Below are positions 54,698-62,842 of a stretch of 64,000 bases of DNA, in pieces. Origin of the DNA: Nevskiales bacterium (lineage in GTDB: Bacteria; Pseudomonadota; Gammaproteobacteria; Nevskiales; JBOICV01); NCBI GenBank assembly GCA_050740255.1, contig JBOICV010000150.1, positions 22,048 to 86,047 of the forward strand. The letters run 5' to 3'. The position numbers were made by a program, and so were the translations under genes. How positions within the stretch are numbered: position 1 is the stretch's first letter; every line of letters begins with the position of its first letter. The notes beneath the pieces were generated by a model, which saw only the letters and a list, made by a program, of their open reading frames with translations, searched no databases and had not been told where the DNA came from.

Positions 54698-56317
54698 TCA
54701 GTCGTCTTGCAAGCCGTGACGGCCTGAATCGCGCAGCGCCAGGGTCCCGATCACCAGCGTCACCGCGGCGACGACGATGGGATACCACAGGCCGGCATAA
54801 ATGTTGCCGTAGGCCGCCACCATCGCCGTGGCCAGCAGGGGCAGCATGCCGCCGAACCAGCCGTTGCCGATGTGGTAGGGCAGCGACATCGAGGTGTAGC
54901 GGATCCGGGTCGGGAACAGCTCCACCAGGAAAGCAGCGATGGGGCCGTAGACCATGGTCACATAGAGCACCAGCAGCACCAGCAGTCCCAGCGCGCCGGC
55001 ATAGTTGATCCGTGCCGGATCGGCCGCGGCCGGGTAGCCGGTGTCGGCCAGCGCCGCTTTCAGCCCGGTTTCGTCCCAGCCTTCGATGGTATGGCTGCCG
55101 ATGGTCGTCACCACGCTCATACCTGGCACTGCCGGCACCGAGGTAAAAGACAGGCCCGACTTGGTCAGGAAGTCCGTGGCGCGGTCGCAGTCGCTGAACC
55201 GGGTGTTGGGGCCGACAAAGATGTGGAAGTTGCAATCGCTCGCCGCCATTTGCAAGTGCGTGTTGACCTGGTACTGCGCCAATGCCGGGTTCACGAAATG
55301 CGTCAGGCCGTGGAAGATCGGGAGGTAGCTTGCCGCCGCCAGGAGACACCCGGCCATGATGATTTTCAGGCGACCGATCTTGTCCGACAGCCACCCGAAG
55401 AAGACGAAGAACGGCGTGGCGATCAGCAAAGACGCGCCGATCAGCAGGTAGGCGCTGAGGAAGTCCAGCTTGAGCGTGATGGTGAGGAAGAACAGCGCGT
55501 AGAACTGGCCCGTATACCAGACCACGCCCTGGCCGGCGGTGGCGCCCAGCAGCGCCAGCAGCACGTACTTGTTGTTCGGGTAGCGCAGGAAGCTGTCGGT
55601 CAGCGGCGACTTCGAGCCGCGCCCTTCCGCCTTCATCGCCTGGAACAGCGGCGATTCATTGAGCTTGAGGCGGATGTAGACCGAAAAGATCAGCAGGATG
55701 ATTGACAGCAGGAACGGGATGCGCCATCCCCAACTGGCGAATTGCGCCGGCTCCAGGGTGACGCGGGCGATGCCGATGACCAGCAGGGACAGGAAGAAAC
55801 CGGCCGTCGCGGTGGTCTGGATCCAACTGGTCGCGTAGCCGCGTTGGTCATCCGGCGCGTGCTCGGCGACGTAGGTCGCGGCGCCGCCGTACTCGCCACC
55901 CAGGGCCAGGCCCTGCAACAGGCGCAGCGTCACCAGGATGACGGGCGCGGCAAAGCCGATGGTTTCGTAGGTCGGCAGGAAGCCGACCGCGGCGGTGGAC
56001 CCGCCCATGACCACGATGGTGATGAGGAAGCTGTACTTGCGCCCGACCAGGTCGCCGATGCGCCCGAACACCAGCGCACCGAACGGCCGCACCAGGAAGC
56101 CGGCGGCGTAGGTGGCGAACGCGGACAGCAAGGCCGCGGTCTCGTTGCCCTTGGGAAAGAACAGCGCGGCGAAGAACGGCGCCAGCGTGGCGTAGAGGTA
56201 GAAGTCGTACCACTCGAACACGGTGCCGAGCGAGGAGGCAACGATGACCCGGCGCTGCTCAGCCCGGCTGACGCTCGCCCCGGCGCCCACGTAGCCGGAC
56301 GGTCCTCGGGAAGTCAC
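54698..56317 (-). CDS. MFS transporter, metabolite:H+ symporter (MHS) family, with ~100-aa insertion between TM9 and TM10
   Basis: FEWYDFYLY, GRIGDLVGRK and LQGLALGGEYGGA motifs. The extra soluble segment spans residues ~340-438. Confidence 0.88.
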   Translation of the reverse strand: MTSRGPSGYVGAGASVSRAEQRRVIVASSLGTVFEWYDFYLYATLAPFFAALFFPKGNETAALLSAFATYAAGFLVRPFGALVFGRIGDLVGRKYSFLITIVVMGGSTAAVGFLPTYETIGFAAPVILVTLRLLQGLALGGEYGGAATYVAEHAPDDQRGYATSWIQTTATAGFFLSLLVIGIARVTLEPAQFASWGWRIPFLLSIILLIFSVYIRLKLNESPLFQAMKAEGRGSKSPLTDSFLRYPNNKYVLLALLGATAGQGVVWYTGQFYALFFLTITLKLDFLSAYLLIGASLLIATPFFVFFGWLSDKIGRLKIIMAGCLLAAASYLPIFHGLTHFVNPALAQYQVNTHLQMAASDCNFHIFVGPNTRFSDCDRATDFLTKSGLSFTSVPAVPGMSVVTTIGSHTIEGWDETGLKAALADTGYPAAADPARINYAGALGLLVLLVLYVTMVYGPIAAFLVELFPTRIRYTSMSLPYHIGNGWFGGMLPLLATAMVAAYGNIYAGLWYPIVVAAVTLVIGTLALRDSGRHGLQDD

Positions 56318-56432
56318 CGGGAGGTATCACGCAGCTTCCAGAGACCCGCCATCGCCTCCAGGCTTCGGCCCATGTCGGGCACAAGGCGCCAAACCAGAAT
56401 GGTGGCAAGCGGGATGCGCCGCATGGCATGGC

Positions 56433-59162
56433 TCAGAAATAAAAGCTGAAGCGCAGGGCAGCGGAGCGCGGCCGCAGAAAGGCGCCCAGGTCACCGGTGG
56501 GGATATTTAAGAGACGGCGGGTACCACCACCGAGCAGCGCCTGCTCGTTGGTCAGGTTGGTGACGTAAAACGAGAGTTCTGGTGAGAGCTTCCATTGCGG
56601 CGCGCTCAGTTTGACACCGGCGTCAAGGGTATTGAAGCCGAAGATGAGCAGGTCATGCTCGACGTTGTTGAACGCCTCACCGATATGGGCGTAAGTCAGA
56701 TTCACGCCCCCGACCAGTGAACCGAAGTTCCTGGTGTAGGCCAGCGTGGTGGCCGTCTGCAGGCGCGGCGCCGCCGGCAGCTCGGTGCCGACCGGAATCT
56801 CGACCCCGTCGGCGGTCGTGTACGGCTCCTCGATGGTGGCCCGAATATACGCGGCCGTGTTGATCAGCGTGAGGCCCGGGATCGGCGTCAGCCAGCGCAA
56901 GCTGCTTTCCACGCCCTGGCTGACTGACCCACTGATATTGTCGGTGAAATCGGTATTGCCGCTGGGCGTGCTCTGCGAAAGCTGCCTGTCGGTCCAGTCA
57001 ATGTGGAAGGCTGTAAGGTCGAGCTGAAGGGTGTTGTCGAACCAGTCGGTACGCACACCCAGCTCGTAACTCCAGAGCGTGCTGGGCTTAAAAGTCGGCG
57101 GAAAGACGTTATCGGATGGGAGGGGCGCCGGAGCATTGAAGCCGCCGAACTGAAAGCCGCGCGCGGCATTCGCGTACAGCAGGATGTCGTCAGTCCACTG
57201 GAATTTGACCGCCGCCTTGGGACTGAAGCCTTTTTCCTCCAGCTTCTTTACGCCGGTGAAACCACTGTTTGCGGCCAACAGTCCAGTCAGGCCGCGGCTC
57301 GTAATGTTGGCCTGCAGCTTCTCCTGGTACAAGCGGCCTCCGAGAGTGAGCTCCAGCCGGTCGTCGAAGAACTTGCGCGTCAGTTCGCCGAACAGCGACT
57401 CTTCCCGCGCTTCCGACGGGTCGAAGCGGACGAATATTACCGAAAGTCCCTCGGGGGTCGGCGTCAGCTGCGACTGGAGTTCCGGGGGCAGATTGAGCGC
57501 GTCGAAAAGTTGCGCGAGTATCGCCGTGTTCGCGAGGAATGTGTTGAGCTCCAGCACTGCCGAGTAGCGGCTGTAGTAGAGGCCGCCAAGCCAGACCCAG
57601 GGACTATCGCTGGGGGCGGACACCAGCCGCAGTTCCTGCGAAATCGCATCGGTATCGATGCGCGTGTGCAGCCGCAGCGACTCGATGCCGGCGACAGCGA
57701 GCGGCTCGACTATCGAGCTTAAGTCGAAGTCGGTGTCGTTGAGTTTCTTGGCGCGCGAAGTTTCCGAAATGAGCGAGGCCCAGTCGAAATCGTAACTCAC
57801 CTCCAGATTGGCCACATCGAATTTCTGGCGCGAAGTGCTGGGCCCTGGCGTGTTGGTGCGAACGAACTCGAAGTCCAGATTGTTGGCGACGCTGAGATCG
57901 CCGCGAAAATTCTCCTGCTGGAGGTAGAAGGCAGTGATCTTCAGCGCATCGGTGGGTTTCCAGAGACCCAACACGCGAGACATCTGCTTGTCACCCTCGT
58001 CGGCGTCCTTTTGATTCTTGCCGTTGGCATTGACATCGTCGTACAGTCCGGGCAGCTCCTGCGAGACTGCGGCGGCCCGTAGAGCGGCCTCCTCGCCCAG
58101 CGGTATATTGACCGCCGCGCCCCAAGTCACCCCTTCCCCGCCTTGCTCCACCGTGAGCCGGTTGACGAAGCCTTTGGCGTCCAGGGTGCTGAGCTGCGGC
58201 TTGGTCAGCACGTAGCGGATCGCGCCGTTGAGCGCGCCGGCGCCGAACAAGGTGCCCTGCGGCCCCTTGAGCACTTCCACGGTCTGCAGGTCGAAGGGAT
58301 CGAGGTCGGGCACCAGATAGCTCGCGACGGGATCGCCCATCGAGACATTGTCAATCAGGACGCCGGTGGTGATGTTCCCGCCCGACTGCGGGCCGACACC
58401 ACGCACGGCCAGCGATCGGCTGCCGTTTAAACCCTCCTGCAGCGTGATGCCGGGGACGAGCCGGAGGTAGTCCTGCATTTCGCGCGCGTCGATTGCTTCC
58501 AGGTCCTCGCCCGAAAGCACGTTCACCGTGGCTGCGATCTCGCGCACCGATACCTCGCGCTTGGTGGCGGTGACGATGATCTCTTCCAGTCCGACGGTCA
58601 CGGGTGCTTTTTTGGTGCTGGTCGTCGCCGGCGCAGCGTCGCCCTCGGCTGACGATGGCGGCGTGGTGCTGTCGGTTGTTGCCGGCGCTCCTTCACCCTG
58701 GGCGGCGGAAACGGTCGCAGGATCGGCCGGCTCTTCGGCCAGGATGTCGTCGAGTTCTTCCAGACCGGCGGCCGCGGCTGCGCTATCGCTGCGGTTCGTC
58801 GCCGGCGCAGCGTCGCCCTCGGCTGACGATGGCGGCGTGGCGCTGTCGGTTTCTGCCGGCGCTCCTTCACCCTGGGCGGCGGAAGCTGTCGCAGGATCAG
58901 CCGGCTCTTCGGCCAGGATGTCGTCGATCTCGTCCCGCCCGACTGGTGCGCTATTGCTACTGTTCGTCGGCGGCGTAGTGGCGCCCTCGGCTGACGATGG
59001 CGGCGTGACGCTGTCGGTTGTTGCCGGCGCTCCTTCACCCTGGGCGGCGGGAGCTGTCGCAGGATCGGCCGGCTCTTCGGCCAGCGCGAGCCGGTGGGCA
59101 CCCGACGCATACAAGGTCACACCCAGGACAGCGACCAGCAAACGTCCTCTTGAATATTCCAT
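56433..59162 (-). CDS. TonB-dependent outer-membrane receptor with repeat-containing N-terminal extension (3 units)
   Basis: Signal peptide. A 160-aa extension, then VGLEEIIVTATKRE plug start. GPQGTLFG. C-terminal LRFSFYF. Confidence 0.9.
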   Translation of the reverse strand: MEYSRGRLLVAVLGVTLYASGAHRLALAEEPADPATAPAAQGEGAPATTDSVTPPSSAEGATTPPTNSSNSAPVGRDEIDDILAEEPADPATASAAQGEGAPAETDSATPPSSAEGDAAPATNRSDSAAAAAGLEELDDILAEEPADPATVSAAQGEGAPATTDSTTPPSSAEGDAAPATTSTKKAPVTVGLEEIIVTATKREVSVREIAATVNVLSGEDLEAIDAREMQDYLRLVPGITLQEGLNGSRSLAVRGVGPQSGGNITTGVLIDNVSMGDPVASYLVPDLDPFDLQTVEVLKGPQGTLFGAGALNGAIRYVLTKPQLSTLDAKGFVNRLTVEQGGEGVTWGAAVNIPLGEEAALRAAAVSQELPGLYDDVNANGKNQKDADEGDKQMSRVLGLWKPTDALKITAFYLQQENFRGDLSVANNLDFEFVRTNTPGPSTSRQKFDVANLEVSYDFDWASLISETSRAKKLNDTDFDLSSIVEPLAVAGIESLRLHTRIDTDAISQELRLVSAPSDSPWVWLGGLYYSRYSAVLELNTFLANTAILAQLFDALNLPPELQSQLTPTPEGLSVIFVRFDPSEAREESLFGELTRKFFDDRLELTLGGRLYQEKLQANITSRGLTGLLAANSGFTGVKKLEEKGFSPKAAVKFQWTDDILLYANAARGFQFGGFNAPAPLPSDNVFPPTFKPSTLWSYELGVRTDWFDNTLQLDLTAFHIDWTDRQLSQSTPSGNTDFTDNISGSVSQGVESSLRWLTPIPGLTLINTAAYIRATIEEPYTTADGVEIPVGTELPAAPRLQTATTLAYTRNFGSLVGGVNLTYAHIGEAFNNVEHDLLIFGFNTLDAGVKLSAPQWKLSPELSFYVTNLTNEQALLGGGTRRLLNIPTGDLGAFLRPRSAALRFSFYF
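58593..59078 (-). repeat. Coding tandem repeat (3 units of 56-58 aa) forming the TBDT N-terminal cassette
   Basis: EEPADPAT..AAQGEGAPATTDS.TPPSSAEG..AP.T....(G[LR][ED]E[LI]DDILA) occurs three times (residues 29, 85 and 143). Confidence 0.9.
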
Positions 59163-59241
59163 CGCTTGCTCCTCCTATTGCTCGGCTCGAGTTCTGTCGA
59201 GCCTGGAATCAATACCAGCCGATTGAACGACCGTGATCACC

Positions 59242-60516
59242 TCAGTGCACATAAGGCTGAGCGGGGTGTCGCGCGTGCCAGCCGAAGCCGGCGATCACCG
59301 CGTAGCAGGCCGCCGGCACGATCAATGCTCCGGCAATGCTGCTGGCATCGGCGACCGCACCCGCCAGCAGCGGCACGATCGCGCCGCCGACAATCGCCAT
59401 GCACAGCAAGCCGGAGGCGCGCGGGGTTTCCACGCCCATGCGCTCGACGGCGAGACTGAAGATGGTCGGAAACATGATGGCGTTCATCAGGCCGACCGCA
59501 ATCAGCGACCAGGCGGCGAGCGGGCCCTGCGAAACTGCGGACAGCGCTGCGAGCGTCGCCGCGCCGATGGCAACCGCCGCGAGCAGGCGCCCCGCCGCGA
59601 TGCGGCGCAGCAACCAGGCGCCGATAAAACGCCCCACCAGCGCACCGCCCCAATACAGCGAGATGTACTCGCCGGCGCTGCGCTCGGCCAAGCCCAGCGT
59701 CGCCGGCAGCATCAGATAGTTGACCAGGAAGCTGCCGATCGTGACCTCGGCGCCGACGTAAAGAAAGATCGCGGCGACGCCAAACGCCAGGCGCGTACGA
59801 CGGCGCAGCAGCGCCAGGCTGCCGGCGAGTGTAGCCGCAGGCCGCCCGCCGCCAAGTTGGCCGCCGAGATGATCGCGCCACAGCCAGAACAGGCCCGCGA
59901 TCGCCAGCAGCACCAGCGACAGACCCAGATAGCCGTGGCCTACGACCGCCGCCTCGCGTGCCTGGAACTCGGCCAGCGCCGCTCCGGAGAGGCTCGCGGA
60001 ATCGACGTCCGCAATCCCCCCGAGAATCAACTGCGCGCCGAGGAACGGCATCACCGTGGTGCCGAGCGAGTTGAACGCCTGCGCCAGCGTCAGGCGGCTG
60101 TGCGAGGTGTCGGGCGTGCCGAGGTTCGCGATCAGCGGATTGGCTGCGACCTGCAGGATCGTGATGCCCCCGGCGAGGATGAACAGCGCTCCGAGAAACA
60201 GCGCATAGCTCGCCGTGGACGCCGCCGGCACGAACAGCAGGCAGCCCAAGCCCATGATGGAGAGCCCGGCCACGATCCCGCGTCCGTAACCGAGCCGCGC
60301 CACCAGTCCGCCCGCCGGCAGCGACACCACGGCGTAGGCGGTGAAGAACGCGAACTGGATCAGCATCGCCTGCGCGTAGCTGAGCCGGAACAGGTCTTTC
60401 AGCTTCGGGATCAGCACGTCGTTGAGGCTGGTGATCCCGCCCCAGATGAAGAACAGCGCCACGACGCCGGCCAGCAGCAATGCCGGCGCTTGACGGCCTG
60501 CCTGACTAGAACTCAT
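59242..60516 (-). CDS. MFS sugar transporter (glucose/galactose GluP / FucP family)
   Basis: FFIWGGITSLNDVLIPKLKDLF N-terminal signature of the GluP/FucP family. 12 TM helices. Confidence 0.88.
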   Translation of the reverse strand: MSSSQAGRQAPALLLAGVVALFFIWGGITSLNDVLIPKLKDLFRLSYAQAMLIQFAFFTAYAVVSLPAGGLVARLGYGRGIVAGLSIMGLGCLLFVPAASTASYALFLGALFILAGGITILQVAANPLIANLGTPDTSHSRLTLAQAFNSLGTTVMPFLGAQLILGGIADVDSASLSGAALAEFQAREAAVVGHGYLGLSLVLLAIAGLFWLWRDHLGGQLGGGRPAATLAGSLALLRRRTRLAFGVAAIFLYVGAEVTIGSFLVNYLMLPATLGLAERSAGEYISLYWGGALVGRFIGAWLLRRIAAGRLLAAVAIGAATLAALSAVSQGPLAAWSLIAVGLMNAIMFPTIFSLAVERMGVETPRASGLLCMAIVGGAIVPLLAGAVADASSIAGALIVPAACYAVIAGFGWHARHPAQPYVH

Positions 60517-60530
60517 CTTATAAATCTCGT

Positions 60531-60628
60531 GTCATTCTGAGCCCAGCGAAGAATCTCGCTTTGGCGCCATCGGAAAATAGATCCTTCGCGGAGCCTGTCC
60601 TGAGCGAAGTCGAAGGGCTCAGGATGAC
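60531..60628. mobile_element. MITE-like composite element (family A-like and D-like modules)
   Basis: Terminal inverted repeats GTCATTCTGAGCC / GGCTCAGGATGAC. Internal CGAAGAATCTCGC and CCTGTCCTGAGCGAAGTCGAAGGG. Confidence 0.8.
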
Positions 60629-60652
60629 GTTCTTAGCCATGGCGGATCTCCT

Positions 60653-62842
60653 TCAAGGCTTGAGCCGTTGCTCGCCGAGCGTCACGGTGACGACCGGCCC
60701 CAGATCCTCGGCAGATTTCCCAAGCGCGAATGCGTAATCCCCGGCCTTGATCAGCCAGCCATCGTCATTCCAGTCCGCGATCAGCCGCGGATCAACCTTG
60801 AGTGCCACTTCACGGCTCTTACCGGGCTTGAGCGTCACGCGCTCGAATCCCGCGAGGCGCTGGAGCGGACGACCCGCTGCGCTGACGAGATACAGCTGCG
60901 GAACATCCGCACCGTCGCGCTCGCCGACGTTTTTCACCTTGAAGCTCGCGCTGACGACGTCGCCGCCATTCACTTTCAATCCGCTATAACTGAACTCCGT
61001 GTAACTCAGGCCGTGTCCGAAGGGGAACAGGGCTTTTAGTTTTTCCGCTGCGAACCAGCGATAACCGATATCGGAGCCCTCGCTGTAATCGACCGCCTGC
61101 GGCTTGGCCTGCATGGAATCGGGTTCGCCGAGGCCGCGCAGCTGCGGCCGCGGGTTCTGCTCGAGCGACAACGGGAACGTGATCGGCAAGCGTCCCGACG
61201 GATTCACGGCACCGGTCAGCACGTCCGCGATGGCGTTGCCGCCCTTCTGGCCCGGATACCAGGCCTCGATCACGGCTTTCACGTCGGCGAGCCAGGGCAT
61301 TGCAACCGGGTTGCCGGTCTCGAGCACGACGATGGTGTTCTTGTTGGCCTTGGCGACCGCAGCGATCAGCTCGTCCTGGCCGAGCGGCAGGTCGAGGCTG
61401 GTCGAATCCCAGCCCTCGCTCTCGAACTTCGTCGCGAACACGATGGCGACGTCGGCGCGCGCGGCGCGCGCGGCAGAGAACCCCGCGTCGTAGCCCGGAT
61501 CGAACGAGATCGCGTGTTGCGGCAGGTTCTCTTTGAGCGCGGCGACCGGCGACGACGGCACAATCATCTGTCCGGTCGGGCGCTTCACCAGGCGATGCAC
61601 GTCGGTCGGGATGATCGCGGCGGCACCGCCGACCGGCGTTACCTGACTCGAGCCGCCGCCGGCGATCACCCCGGCTATCGCATAGCCGCCGATGACGAGG
61701 ATGGACTTCGCGTCGTTCTCCAGCGGCAGCGCGCCGTCGTTCTTCAGCAGCACGATGCCGGCGGCGGCGGCTTCCCGCGCGATTTCGGCGTTTGCCGCAT
61801 AGTCAATTTTGGCAATCTTGCGCTTCTGCGGTTTCCAGTCCGCACCCACGGCGTAGATCGAACGCAGGATTCGGCGCACCGCATCCGACAGCCGCGCCTT
61901 GGATACGCGTCCGGCGGCGTATTCCGCTTTGAGTGGGGCGTCCAGCCACACTTGCTGGTCGAGCTCGGCCCCAGAGTGCTGGTCAAGGCCGGCGTTGAAA
62001 TATCCGACCTCGTGCACCGCGCCCCAGTCCGACATCACCCAGCCCTTGTAGCCCCAGTCGCCCTTCAGCACCTGGTTCAGCAGGAAGTCGCTGCCGCAGG
62101 ACCACGGGCCGTTGACACGGTTGTAGGCGCACATCACCGCGCCGGGCTGTCCGCGCTCGATACCGATCTGGAACGCCAGCAGGTCGGACTCGCGCAGGGC
62201 CGCTTCTTCGATTCTCGCATTGAGCACGCGGCGCAGCGTCTCCTGGTCGTTCATCGCAAGGTGCTTGATGGTCGCGATGACGCCGGCGCTCTGAATGCCG
62301 CGGCTCGCCTCGCCGCCGAGCACGCCCGCGAGCAGCGGGTCCTCGCCGAGGTATTCAAAGTTACGGCCATTGCGCGGATCGCGTGCGAGATTGACCCCCG
62401 GGCCCAGCAGGACGTTGAAGCCCTTGGCGCGCGCCTCGCCGGCAATCATCGCGCCTGCCTTGAACGCAAGCGCCGGATCGAAGCTCGCCGCGAGCGCCAG
62501 CCCGGAAGGCAGGGCCGTCGCAACGTCGCCCTCGCGCAGCTCGAAGGGATTGACCACACCCAGGCTCGCGTCCGTTTCCACGAGACCGGGAATGCCGAGC
62601 CGCGGAATGCCGCGCATGACGCCCGGGGCGATCGGCATGTTCGGGATCAGGCGAGAGGGCTTGCCGGCTTCAATCGTTATCGGCAAATGGGTGTGCAGCA
62701 TGTGGAAGCGCTCGTCGTCCGTCATCTGCGCCTCCACCGCCGCCGCGCGGGCGTCGGGGTCAAGTTTTTCCGCCGCCGTGGCGACGCCGGCAAGCAACAA
62801 GAGTGAGGTAACGAAAGCGCAGCGTGACATGGCGTTCTCCAT
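60653..62842 (-). CDS. Periplasmic/secreted GH3 beta-glucosidase
   Basis: Signal peptide. GH3 motifs GPGVNLARDPRNGRNFEYLGEDP and KGWVMSDWGA (nucleophile Asp). C-terminal FnIII-like domain. Confidence 0.93.
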   Translation of the reverse strand: MENAMSRCAFVTSLLLLAGVATAAEKLDPDARAAAVEAQMTDDERFHMLHTHLPITIEAGKPSRLIPNMPIAPGVMRGIPRLGIPGLVETDASLGVVNPFELREGDVATALPSGLALAASFDPALAFKAGAMIAGEARAKGFNVLLGPGVNLARDPRNGRNFEYLGEDPLLAGVLGGEASRGIQSAGVIATIKHLAMNDQETLRRVLNARIEEAALRESDLLAFQIGIERGQPGAVMCAYNRVNGPWSCGSDFLLNQVLKGDWGYKGWVMSDWGAVHEVGYFNAGLDQHSGAELDQQVWLDAPLKAEYAAGRVSKARLSDAVRRILRSIYAVGADWKPQKRKIAKIDYAANAEIAREAAAAGIVLLKNDGALPLENDAKSILVIGGYAIAGVIAGGGSSQVTPVGGAAAIIPTDVHRLVKRPTGQMIVPSSPVAALKENLPQHAISFDPGYDAGFSAARAARADVAIVFATKFESEGWDSTSLDLPLGQDELIAAVAKANKNTIVVLETGNPVAMPWLADVKAVIEAWYPGQKGGNAIADVLTGAVNPSGRLPITFPLSLEQNPRPQLRGLGEPDSMQAKPQAVDYSEGSDIGYRWFAAEKLKALFPFGHGLSYTEFSYSGLKVNGGDVVSASFKVKNVGERDGADVPQLYLVSAAGRPLQRLAGFERVTLKPGKSREVALKVDPRLIADWNDDGWLIKAGDYAFALGKSAEDLGPVVTVTLGEQRLKP

